Assembly (NCBI GenBank): GCA_963796955.1
Contig: CAWCNJ010000006.1
Coordinates: forward strand, 64,001-128,000
DNA: 64,000 nt
Direction: 5' to 3'
Source: Endomicrobiales bacterium
Lineage (GTDB): Bacteria; Elusimicrobiota; Endomicrobiia; Endomicrobiales; JALOBY01
Positions 19,935 to 29,061 of this stretch are shown piece after piece. The position numbers and the translations under genes are program-made. Below the pieces are notes generated by a model. That model was not told where the DNA came from and ran no database searches. It saw nothing but the letters and a program-made list of their open reading frames with translations. Each line of letters starts with the position of its first letter. Positions within the stretch are counted from its first letter, which is position 1.

Positions 19935-20166
19935 CGGGGGCTTTATGGCATATCTGAAAAAATTAAGTGACTTTTGTTTTGAATATTTTCTGGGAAAATT
20001 GTTTTTCGGCGGATCGTTCTACCTGTATAAAAGCCGGCATAACAGTATTCGCAAATAAAAAATATGATATAATTGAAACTTGGCAGGAGTTCTATATTTA
20101 AAATCACTTGAATGATGGGTGATTTTTTTTGCTTTAAAAATCCGTGCCGCCGGGGAACGTATAATC

Positions 20167-20682
20167 ATGCTGAAATTATTTTATAAAATATTAAAAACGC
20201 CGCAGCAGGTGATAGATGTTCCAGGCGGATGCAGCCAGGCCGATATCATGGCCGTCGGCGAAAAGATACAGTATAACGTTAAGCGCCTGTTCCGGGGCTC
20301 TCTGGCTATCCGGCATATTGACGCCGGCTCCGACAATGCCTGCGAACAGGAACTTACCGCGCTCTCCAACAGTTTCTACGATATCGAACGTTTCGGTATT
20401 AATTTTGTCGCTTCCCCCAGACACGCCGATATGCTTTTGGTCTCCGGTCCCGTTACACGCAACATGGCGGAGGCCCTCAAAAAGTCGTATGAGGCGATGC
20501 CTGCGCCGAAGCTGGTCATCGCCGTGGGTGACGATGCTATAGACGGGGGAATATATACAGGCAACTACGCCGTATTGGATGGTGTTGCTTCCGTGCTGCC
20601 CGTGAATTATGTTATCCCGGGAGATCCGCCTTCCCCAAAAACGATCCTGTGCTATTTACTCAACATATTGGAAAAGGTATGA
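20167..20682 (+). CDS. hyfI: Ehr/Hyf small subunit (NuoB/HyfI-like) with Cys-to-Asp substitutions
   Basis: YDIERFG, ASPRHAD, GPVTRNM; motifs read GSDNACE, VGDDA, PGDPP. Confidence 0.88.
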   Translation: MLKLFYKILKTPQQVIDVPGGCSQADIMAVGEKIQYNVKRLFRGSLAIRHIDAGSDNACEQELTALSNSFYDIERFGINFVASPRHADMLLVSGPVTRNMAEALKKSYEAMPAPKLVIAVGDDAIDGGIYTGNYAVLDGVASVLPVNYVIPGDPPSPKTILCYLLNILEKV

Positions 20683-22724
20683 GCGTTATTCTTTCTCAAA
20701 CCGGTTTTTTTGCGTTGTTCGCCTTGTTCGCCGTCGCCGGCGCCGGTTCCCTGCTGCTGGGCAAATATGACGAGCTGGCAAATAAATGGAACAGTATATT
20801 CTCAGCGCTCGGCTCGTTGTATGGTGTGGTTTTCGCTCTGTGCGCGATATTGTCTGGGCACACACTGGCTTTTTCATACAGCTCCGATCTCTTCCCGCTT
20901 CTCTTTCTTTCTTTCCGTATAGACATGCTTTCGGCCTATTTTATCTTTATCATTTCATCGATCGCCCTCTGGTGTTCGCTGTACGGTCTGGGCTACCTGC
21001 GGCATTACTACAAGAAATATAACCTCGGTGTGCTGGGTTTCTTTTATAATCTGCTGGTCGGCAGCCTCATGCTGGTCGTAACCGCGTCGAACGGCATATT
21101 CTTTTTGCTGGCCTGGGAACTTATGGCTATCGCGTCATATTTTCTTATCGTGTACGAACGTGATGAACCGGCGAATATCAAGGCCGGCTTCCTGTATTTT
21201 GTCATGACTTACGGGGCGACCGCCTTCATTATCGCCGCATTCCTGTTGTGCTACAAATACACCGGGTCGTTTGATTTTACTGCCATACACAACGGGATCG
21301 GCACCATGCCCGCGGCGGTTAAGGATCTGGTTTTCTTTCTGGCGGTGATCGGTTTCGGTACCAAGGCCGGCATCATTCCTTTTCACATCTGGCTTCCCGC
21401 GGCACACTCGGCGGCTCCTTCAAATGTCTCCGCCTTCCTTTCCGGTGTCATGATAAAAACAGGCATATACATGATGATCAGGATGTTTTTAGAGCTGCTG
21501 CAGCCGGCGCCCCTCTGGTGGGGCCAGGTGATCCTGGTTATCGGCTCAGTATCGGCGCTGCTGGGCGTTCTGTACGCTCTGACCGAACACGATATCAAAA
21601 GGCTGCTCGCGTATCACAGCATAGAAAATATCGGTATCATCCTGCTGGGTCTTGGCAGCGCGATGGTTTTTTCCTCTCTGGGGATGGCGCCTCTGGCGCT
21701 GCTCAGCCTTACCGCCGCCCTATTTCATACGCTCAACCACGCCACGTTCAAGTCGCTGCTTTTCCTGAGCGCCGGCTCGGTCATCAACCAGATGCACACC
21801 CGCAACATGGAAGAATACGGCGGCCTTATCAAGTACATGCCGCAGACGGCTTTTTTCTTTCTGATCGGTTCCATGGCGATATCGGCGCTGCCGCCCTTTA
21901 ACGGTTTTTTCAGCGAATGGCTTACCTACCAATCCCTTTTCCAGGGGATAAGTACGCTGGACCCGTCCACCAAGTGGATCTTTATTTTCGCGGCCGGCGC
22001 CCTTGCTTTTACGGGCGGTCTTGCCATCGCCTGTTTCGTAAAAGTCTTCGGTGTAACTTTTCTTGCACGCCCCAGAAGCCCGCGCGTGGCCGAAGCCGGG
22101 GAATCTTCTCCGGCGCTTCTTATCAGCATGGGGGCGCTTGCGTTGCTGTCCTTGTTGTTCGGGGTTTTTTCAGGGCCGTTGTCCGCCCTGCTGCAAACAG
22201 TATCGCATAGTATGGGCATGTACAAGACACAACCGCCGACCGTGGTTTCCTCGGGGTTGAGCCTTACCACGAACAACGGTTTTTCTTCTGTTTCCGGCCC
22301 GGCGTTTTTCCTTTTCTTCGCCGCGGTGCTCATAGCTGCGGCCTTTGTGGTACGGCGTTTTGTTTATAAAACCCAGAACGTCCGGGAAGGCGAGACCTGG
22401 AACTGCGGCACCCCGCTGACCCCCCGCATGGAGATAACGGCCGCGGGATTCAGCCGTTCCATCATCATGATCTACCGAGGCGTTCTAAAACCCAGCATAC
22501 AGCACGAGATAGAATACCACGACTCCGAAAGCCGCTACCTGCCGAAATCCCGGACGGTCATTATCGGCGTAAAAGATGTGCACAATTCGTATATCTACCG
22601 GCCGCTGAACCGGGTCTTTAACGCGTTGTCCCAGCGGGCCAAGAAAATTCAGACCGGTAATATCAATGTCTACATTTTGTATATATTCATAACGCTGGTC
22701 ATAGCGTTGTACTGGGTGCTCTAG
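20679..22724 (+). CDS. hyfB: Antiporter-like membrane subunit HyfB/EhrA
   Basis: AWELM, KAGIIPFHIWLPAAH, KRLLAYHSIENIG, LPPFNGFFSEW. Confidence 0.92.
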   Translation: MSVILSQTGFFALFALFAVAGAGSLLLGKYDELANKWNSIFSALGSLYGVVFALCAILSGHTLAFSYSSDLFPLLFLSFRIDMLSAYFIFIISSIALWCSLYGLGYLRHYYKKYNLGVLGFFYNLLVGSLMLVVTASNGIFFLLAWELMAIASYFLIVYERDEPANIKAGFLYFVMTYGATAFIIAAFLLCYKYTGSFDFTAIHNGIGTMPAAVKDLVFFLAVIGFGTKAGIIPFHIWLPAAHSAAPSNVSAFLSGVMIKTGIYMMIRMFLELLQPAPLWWGQVILVIGSVSALLGVLYALTEHDIKRLLAYHSIENIGIILLGLGSAMVFSSLGMAPLALLSLTAALFHTLNHATFKSLLFLSAGSVINQMHTRNMEEYGGLIKYMPQTAFFFLIGSMAISALPPFNGFFSEWLTYQSLFQGISTLDPSTKWIFIFAAGALAFTGGLAIACFVKVFGVTFLARPRSPRVAEAGESSPALLISMGALALLSLLFGVFSGPLSALLQTVSHSMGMYKTQPPTVVSSGLSLTTNNGFSSVSGPAFFLFFAAVLIAAAFVVRRFVYKTQNVREGETWNCGTPLTPRMEITAAGFSRSIIMIYRGVLKPSIQHEIEYHDSESRYLPKSRTVIIGVKDVHNSYIYRPLNRVFNALSQRAKKIQTGNINVYILYIFITLVIALYWVL

Positions 22725-22725
22725 C

Positions 22726-23652
22726 ATGAGATCTTTATGCTGGCTGCTTCAACTATTATTCATACCGCTGCTCTCGCCGCTCTGTATCGGCGTGATAAAA
22801 AAAGTGAAGGCCCGGCTACAGAACCGCAGGGGCGCGGGTGTTCTGCAGCCGTATAAAGATCTCTGGAAGCTTTTCCATAAGGACGAAGTTATCAGCCGGG
22901 ACGCCTCCTGGATCTTCCGCTGGGCGCCTTACATTGTTTTTACCGTGACCATCGTTGTGGGCGCCAGTATTCCGCTGTTCGCTTCTTTTGTGAGAAATGC
23001 CTATACCGGCGACATTTTGCTGATCGTATACACCCTGGCTCTGGGCGCCTTCTTTCTGGCGCTGGGAGGCCTTGACGCCGGCAGCACCTTCGGCGGCTTC
23101 AGCGCAAGCCGCGAAATGACGATCACGGCGCTGGCGGAGGGCGGCTTTATATTCTCTCTGCTGACCCTTGCGATCATAACCGGCACCACTAATGTTTTCG
23201 CGATAGCCGATAAAGGCGCCTTGCTGCAGGGCCAGTCGTTCTTAGCGGCGCTGCTGGCGTTCAGCGGATTTTTTATCATATTGCTCGCCGAGAGCGCGCG
23301 CTTTCCCTTTGACAACCCGGCCACGCACCTGGAGCTTACCATGATCCATGAGGCCATGCTGCTGGAATATTCCGGCAAACGCCTGGCGCTGATGGAATGG
23401 GCGGCGGCCAACAAACTATTGATCTTTATCGCGCTCGGCGCGAACCTGTTTTTTCATTCCGCGCTTGCGCAAAGCGCCGCACTGCTGCCGGTAGTCTTAA
23501 GCCTGCTGTTGTTCGGCGCAAAGGCTGCGGTCTTCTGTCTCATGATAGCGTTCCTGGAATCAGGCATGGCAAAATATCGTTTTTTCAGGCTGCCGGACCT
23601 GTTAATGGTGGCATTCATACTGAACGCGATAGCCATAGGATTGGGTAAATAA
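22726..23652 (+). CDS. hyfC: HyfC/NuoH-like membrane subunit
   Basis: ARLQNRRG, QPYKDLWKLF, PFDNPATHLELTMIHEAM.LEYSG. Confidence 0.92.
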   Translation: MRSLCWLLQLLFIPLLSPLCIGVIKKVKARLQNRRGAGVLQPYKDLWKLFHKDEVISRDASWIFRWAPYIVFTVTIVVGASIPLFASFVRNAYTGDILLIVYTLALGAFFLALGGLDAGSTFGGFSASREMTITALAEGGFIFSLLTLAIITGTTNVFAIADKGALLQGQSFLAALLAFSGFFIILLAESARFPFDNPATHLELTMIHEAMLLEYSGKRLALMEWAAANKLLIFIALGANLFFHSALAQSAALLPVVLSLLLFGAKAAVFCLMIAFLESGMAKYRFFRLPDLLMVAFILNAIAIGLGK

Positions 23653-23653
23653 T

Positions 23654-24301
23654 ATGTCAATGTTATCACTGGAAATGTTATCGGGGATCGTTTTCCTGAG
23701 TATCGTATTCCTGCATATCACAAAAAAGAATTACGAGGCCGTGCTCGCCTACAACATCCAGTCCCTGGCGGTCGTAATTATCCTTTTCAACTCGTACTTT
23801 GAGACGGGTAATATATTCCTGCTGCTGATAGCCCTGTTGGTGCTCAGCCTTAAAGTTATACTGGCCCATATTTTCTTCGTGAGATTGATAAACAAATATG
23901 AGCTTACATTTTCCGTGACAACGTATCTGGAAACACCCGTAGCCCTGATATTTATCGCCGTTGTGACCGGTATTGCGCATTCCACCAAATTCATGCCGCT
24001 GACCAGGATGATACCCGCCAATCAGGTGCCGCTCTCCCTGGCTCTTTCAGCGATCTTTACCGCTCTTTTACTGATAGTTAACCGCAAGGGCGCACTCTCG
24101 CAGATCATCAGCATACTCTCTCTGGAAAACAGCATTGTGGTGTTCTCCATGTTCGCCGGTCTTGAGCAATCGCCGGTTTTTCAAGTCGGCATGATATTCA
24201 ATATTTTCGTATGGCTTATGATAACGACGGTTTTTATCTCCATGATCTATAAACATTACGGCACGCTTGATATAACATCCATGAAGCACCTGAGGGAATA
24301 A
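23654..24301 (+). CDS. hyfE: HyfE-like membrane subunit
   Basis: Multi-TM, RKGALSQIISILSLEN; position in operon. Confidence 0.82.
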   Translation: MSMLSLEMLSGIVFLSIVFLHITKKNYEAVLAYNIQSLAVVIILFNSYFETGNIFLLLIALLVLSLKVILAHIFFVRLINKYELTFSVTTYLETPVALIFIAVVTGIAHSTKFMPLTRMIPANQVPLSLALSAIFTALLLIVNRKGALSQIISILSLENSIVVFSMFAGLEQSPVFQVGMIFNIFVWLMITTVFISMIYKHYGTLDITSMKHLRE

Positions 24302-24305
24302 AGGT

Positions 24306-25748
24306 ATGTTACTCAGTATAATTTTCCTGTCATTTTTAACCGCCGCGGCTGCCGGTCTTATGGCCAAAAGCAGGTCGCGCCTGGAATACGGTTCGCTTGC
24401 CGCTATAATTATTTCACTGGCCGCTTCATTCGCAATAGCGTTCAGGGTCGCATCCGCAGGCCACTATTCGCCGTTCTCTCTCTTCCATGTGGATGCCTTC
24501 GGCGCCGTATTGCTGCTGGTAATTTCCGTCGTAGGGTGCTCAACGGTTGTCTATTCCATACCGTACCTGCGTAAAGAAACTGAAAAAGAGATCATCGGTT
24601 TCAGCCGGGTAAAACAGTATTACGTGTTATTGAATTTATTTTTTATCGCCTTGTATCTGGCGGTTTCGGCCAGCAGCCCCATAGTTGCTTTTATAGCGAT
24701 AGAGGCGACAACGCTTTCAACGGCGCTGCTGGTAAGTTTCTATAACAAGCCGTCCACCGTCGAGGCTGCCTGGAAGTATGTGATAATCAATTCCGTAGGA
24801 TTGTTGCTGGGATTCTTCGGCACCCTGCTGTATTTCTCTCCTTTCAGGCTTGCGGCGATGAACGGCGCCATCAGCTGGCAATTCCTTGCTGAAAACGCGA
24901 CGCGCATGGATCCGCTGACCGCCAAGATCGCCTTCGTCTTTGTGATCATCGGCTACGGCACCAAGGCCGGTTTCGCCCCCATGCACACCTGGAAGCCCGA
25001 TGCCTATAGCAAGGCGCCCTCCGCCCTTGGCGCCATGCTTTCCGGCGCGGTGCTTCCGGTTTCCTTTCTGCTGCTGCTGAAATTCAAACGGATAACGGAT
25101 ATCGCTATCGGCATAACGTTCAGCCAGCATTTAATGATCGCGTTCGGGCTGCTGTCCATAATCGTTGCCGCGGTGATCATGTTCAGCTCAAATAATTATA
25201 AACGGCTTCTGGCCTATTCCAGCATAGAGAACGCAGGCGTCATGGCGCTCGGTTTTTCGTTCGGCGGCCTGGGAGTCTTTGCGGCCATCCTGCATTTGAT
25301 ATACCATTCACTGGTAAAAGTGGTAACGTTCTTCGCTGCCGGGAACTTGCTGCTGAAATACAGCTCGTCTAAAATTAATAACGTTAAGGGCGCCTTGAAA
25401 GTATTGCCGGTAACCAGCGTGCTGTTTATCGCGGGATTTTTGGTGGTTACGGGTCTTCCGCCGTTCGGCATATTCCTTACGAAAATGCTGATCCTCAGCG
25501 CGGGCATTAAGATCTACCCCGTTGCGGCTATAACCGCTCTCATTTTCATGACGCTTGTTTTTATCGGGTTCCTTAAACACGTTTCGGCCATGTTCTTCGG
25601 CGCGCCGCCCGCCGGTATAGAGGCCGGCGAAGGTTCGGTCTGGCTGGTAGTGCCTTCCTGCGTGTGCCTGGCTTTGATTCTGTTGTTAAGTTTTTATATG
25701 CCGCCGTTCCTGTATAAACTAATACGCGAGAGCGCCTTAAGGTATTGA
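24306..25748 (+). CDS. hyfF: HyfF-like antiporter subunit
   Basis: IEATTL, EAAWKY, GYGTKAGFAPMHTWKPDAYS, KRLLAYSSIE. Confidence 0.92.
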   Translation: MLLSIIFLSFLTAAAAGLMAKSRSRLEYGSLAAIIISLAASFAIAFRVASAGHYSPFSLFHVDAFGAVLLLVISVVGCSTVVYSIPYLRKETEKEIIGFSRVKQYYVLLNLFFIALYLAVSASSPIVAFIAIEATTLSTALLVSFYNKPSTVEAAWKYVIINSVGLLLGFFGTLLYFSPFRLAAMNGAISWQFLAENATRMDPLTAKIAFVFVIIGYGTKAGFAPMHTWKPDAYSKAPSALGAMLSGAVLPVSFLLLLKFKRITDIAIGITFSQHLMIAFGLLSIIVAAVIMFSSNNYKRLLAYSSIENAGVMALGFSFGGLGVFAAILHLIYHSLVKVVTFFAAGNLLLKYSSSKINNVKGALKVLPVTSVLFIAGFLVVTGLPPFGIFLTKMLILSAGIKIYPVAAITALIFMTLVFIGFLKHVSAMFFGAPPAGIEAGEGSVWLVVPSCVCLALILLLSFYMPPFLYKLIRESALRY

Positions 25749-27271
25749 TCATGACAACTATGAAACCGGAACAAATTATCGAAGTACCGGCCGCTGATAT
25801 TCAAAACGTTATCAGCCGCATCCGCGATGAAAAGCAACTGCGCCTGAAACTGCTTACCGCTACCGACGAACGGTCGCAGCAGGGCCATTTTAAGATCTGG
25901 TACATTTTCTTAAACCCGGAAAGCCGGAGCTGGCAGATATTTTATATAACGCCCACCGGGACGGAATTCCCTTCGGTCGCACATATCCTCCATGAGGCCT
26001 GGGACTACGAAAGGAAGATACAAACATTTTTCGGTCTTACACCGGCCGGCCACCCGGACGCACGGCCTCTCCTGCTGCATGAGAATTGGCCTGAGGATCT
26101 CTTCCCGCTCAGAAAAGATTTCCCGTGGCAGACACGGCCGCCGGCAGCCAATGGCACTTATCATTTCCAGAAAGTTAAGGGCGAAGGGATTTATGAAGTT
26201 TCCGTGGGTCCGGTACACGCCGGCATAATAGAGCCGGGTTATTTTAAGATCAGCGTTGCGGGCGAAATGATGGTGCTGCTGGAGCCGCGGCTTGGCTACA
26301 CCCATAAAGGCAGCGAAAAACTATTTGAGACGCTGCCGCTTGCCAAAAAGATAAAGCTGTCGGAAAAAATATCAGGCGACAGCTCGTTCAGCCATTCGCT
26401 GGCTTTTTGCCAGGCGCTGGAGCAGCTTGCCTCCATAACCGTTCCCCGGCGTATGCGCTATCTCAGGGTAATTTACGGTGAGTTGGAGCGGTTGGCAAAC
26501 CACCTGGGCGATATCGGCGCCCTGACGCTTGATTGCGGCTATAATTTCGGCGGTGCGCAAAACGGCCGGCTGCGCGAGGTGCTGATGCAAATGAATGAAC
26601 GCCTTACCGGCAGCCGTTTTCTGCGGGGCGTGAATGTTGTCGGCGGTGTTACCAGGGATATTTCCGCTCAAGACGGTGAGAGGTTAGGTAAGGAGCTGGC
26701 AGGTATCGCGGTAGATTTTACCGAAATAATCGAAGTCATGAAAAATAGCTCGTCTCTTCTGAACCGGTTAAAGGGAGCGGGCGCGCTTCCGCACCGGCTT
26801 GCTTTCGACCGCGGTGTCCTTGGCGTAGCCGCCAAAGCGCTTGGCCTGGAGTACGACACGCGCCTTGATATGCCCTACGCCGCCTATGATGAACTGGCGC
26901 CGGAAAGGATAGAACCCGAACTGAGCGGCGATGCCTACGCCAGATTCAGTGTGCGCGTTAAAGAAGTTTATACCTCAATAAAACTTATCCAGGAGGCCCT
27001 GCGCACCCTGCCTGCAATGGACGGGCCGCTGCCGCAAAATATCGTTTTCGAAAAAAATTCCTTCGCGCTCGGCTGCGTTGAAGGCTGGCGCGGGGAAATA
27101 CTCTATTTTGTTGCCACGGACTCTCAGGGTACTATCTGCCGCGTCGCCCCGCGGGATCCGTCTTTCATCAACTGGCCGCTGCTGAAAAATTCGGCCTTCG
27201 ATAACATTATCCCCGATTTCCCGCTGATAAATAAAAGCTACAATCTGTCGTATTCCGGGAACGATCTGTAG
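25745..27271 (+). CDS. hyfG: Ehr large subunit (HyfG/NuoCD-like) lacking NiFe-binding CxxC motifs
   Basis: GPVHAGIIEPG, ELERLANH, VEGWRGE, DPSF.NW; EKISGDSS in place of RxCGxC and NLSYSGNDL in place of DPCxxC. Confidence 0.9.
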   Translation: MIMTTMKPEQIIEVPAADIQNVISRIRDEKQLRLKLLTATDERSQQGHFKIWYIFLNPESRSWQIFYITPTGTEFPSVAHILHEAWDYERKIQTFFGLTPAGHPDARPLLLHENWPEDLFPLRKDFPWQTRPPAANGTYHFQKVKGEGIYEVSVGPVHAGIIEPGYFKISVAGEMMVLLEPRLGYTHKGSEKLFETLPLAKKIKLSEKISGDSSFSHSLAFCQALEQLASITVPRRMRYLRVIYGELERLANHLGDIGALTLDCGYNFGGAQNGRLREVLMQMNERLTGSRFLRGVNVVGGVTRDISAQDGERLGKELAGIAVDFTEIIEVMKNSSSLLNRLKGAGALPHRLAFDRGVLGVAAKALGLEYDTRLDMPYAAYDELAPERIEPELSGDAYARFSVRVKEVYTSIKLIQEALRTLPAMDGPLPQNIVFEKNSFALGCVEGWRGEILYFVATDSQGTICRVAPRDPSFINWPLLKNSAFDNIIPDFPLINKSYNLSYSGNDL

Positions 27272-27295
27272 AAATAGCGCATAGGAGAAGCCATT

Positions 27296-28957
27296 GTGTT
27301 GCGACCGAAATTGTTCGATGTGTTCAAGTCGTACGACAGTAAAAAGTTCACGAAAGACGCGGTAGCCGGGGTGGTGGTGGGCATCGTCGCCCTGCCGCTG
27401 GCCATCGCGTTCGCCATCGCCTCCGGCGTAACGCCTGATAAAGGGCTTTACACCGCGATCGTAGCCGGTTTTCTTATCTCGGCGCTGGGCGGCAGCCGCG
27501 TGCAGATAGGCGGCCCGACGGGGGCCTTCGTGGTTATCGTCTATGGTATTATCCAGCAGCACGGCATCGACGGCTTGCTTGTGGCGACGATCATGGCCGG
27601 TATCATACTGATGATCATGGGTTTTGCCAAACTTGGCGGTGTCATAAAATTCATTCCCTACGCGGTAACGGTGGGCTTCACCCTGGGCATAGCTTTTTTA
27701 ATTTTTACCGGGCAGATAAGCGATATGCTGGGTCTCGGCCTGAGAGGCCTGCCTGCGGATTTTTTTGATAAGATGGGGATCGTTATGCGGCATGTGCCGC
27801 AATTCAGCATTTCAGCCGTTTGCATAGCCCTGGCGACTATGGCAACGATCGCCCTGTGCGGCAAAATATCCAGGCGCATACCCGGCTCGCTTATCGCTAT
27901 CATCGGCACCTCCGCCGCCGCCTATTTCCTGAAGCTGCCGGTTGAGACGATCGGTTCGCGTTTCGGCGCCATACCGCATACCCTGCCAATGCCCGTGGTC
28001 CCGCACATAAATTTCAATATGGTACGAAGCCTGATCAACCCCGCTATCACTATCGCCATGCTCGGCGCCATTGAATCGCTGCTCTCCGCGGTAGTAGCCG
28101 ACGGCATGATAGGCGGACGGCACCGTTCAAACATGGAGCTTATAGGTCAGGGCGTAGCGAACATCGTCTCGCCCCTGTTCGGCGGCCTGCCGGCGACCGG
28201 CGCTATCGCCCGTACCGCCACGAACGTTAAAAACGGCGGTCGCACACCCATAGCCGGTATCATTCACGCCATCACGTTGTTGCTGCTCATGCTGTTCTTC
28301 GGCGGCATGGCTGGGCGCATACCGCTCGCCTGCCTGGCAGGTATTCTTATGGTAGTGGCCTATCACATGTCAGAGTGGCGTTCAGCGGTCTCCATCGTAA
28401 AAACCGCCCGCACCAGCGCTTTGGTACTCATTGTCACCTTCATACTGACGGTGGCAGTAGACCTTACGGTTGCTATAGAGGTTGGCCTGTTGCTTGCGAT
28501 CGTGATATTCATCCGCAGCATGAGCATGCACACGAATATCGCCATGATCACGCCCGAAGAAGAGGATCCCGTGGCGGAAACGGATTTTGACACCACCCAG
28601 ATACTGCAAACCGTGCTGCCAAAAGGCGCCGTGCTGTATGAAGTTAACGGTCCTCTGTTCTTCGGCGCCGTCTACAAATTCCGCGAGGCGCTTGAAGGCA
28701 TAGAAAAACCGCCCAAAGTGCTGATAGTGCAAATGGAACAGGCGCCCATGATAGACGCTACCGGTACCCATCTTTTGGAAGAGACATTTCGCTCCATGAG
28801 CGCGCATGGCACCGTTTTCGTTGTCTGCTGTATGCGTCCCGCCGTACTGAACATGTTCAAACGCGCCGGCCTCTTCGACTATCTGCACGATGAGAACATC
28901 TGCGAAACCCTTGCCTGTGCCATAGCCCGCGCCCGCGCTATTTGCCTTTCTAAATAG
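27296..28957 (+). CDS. SulP-family anion transporter with STAS domain
   Basis: GIVALPLAIAFA, GGPTGAF, PATGAIARTA, GPLFFG, IDATG. Confidence 0.93.
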   Translation: MLRPKLFDVFKSYDSKKFTKDAVAGVVVGIVALPLAIAFAIASGVTPDKGLYTAIVAGFLISALGGSRVQIGGPTGAFVVIVYGIIQQHGIDGLLVATIMAGIILMIMGFAKLGGVIKFIPYAVTVGFTLGIAFLIFTGQISDMLGLGLRGLPADFFDKMGIVMRHVPQFSISAVCIALATMATIALCGKISRRIPGSLIAIIGTSAAAYFLKLPVETIGSRFGAIPHTLPMPVVPHINFNMVRSLINPAITIAMLGAIESLLSAVVADGMIGGRHRSNMELIGQGVANIVSPLFGGLPATGAIARTATNVKNGGRTPIAGIIHAITLLLLMLFFGGMAGRIPLACLAGILMVVAYHMSEWRSAVSIVKTARTSALVLIVTFILTVAVDLTVAIEVGLLLAIVIFIRSMSMHTNIAMITPEEEDPVAETDFDTTQILQTVLPKGAVLYEVNGPLFFGAVYKFREALEGIEKPPKVLIVQMEQAPMIDATGTHLLEETFRSMSAHGTVFVVCCMRPAVLNMFKRAGLFDYLHDENICETLACAIARARAICLSK

Positions 28958-28960
28958 CAG

Positions 28961-28997
28961 ACCGGACCGGGTGAAGTTATCAACGGCCGGGTTTTTT
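28961..28997 (+). terminator. Putative intrinsic terminator
   Basis: ACCGGACCG...CGGCCGGG hairpin followed by T6. Confidence 0.55.
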
Positions 28998-29061
28998 GCC
29001 GAGTTCGGCATATTTATTGTATAATGTCGCTTCAATCGCAACTACTCTCAGGAGGACGTAC

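Noticed and set aside
25745..27271. Active group 4 NiFe hydrogenase
   Set aside because: Both Ni-binding CxxC motifs are absent and there are no hyp maturation genes
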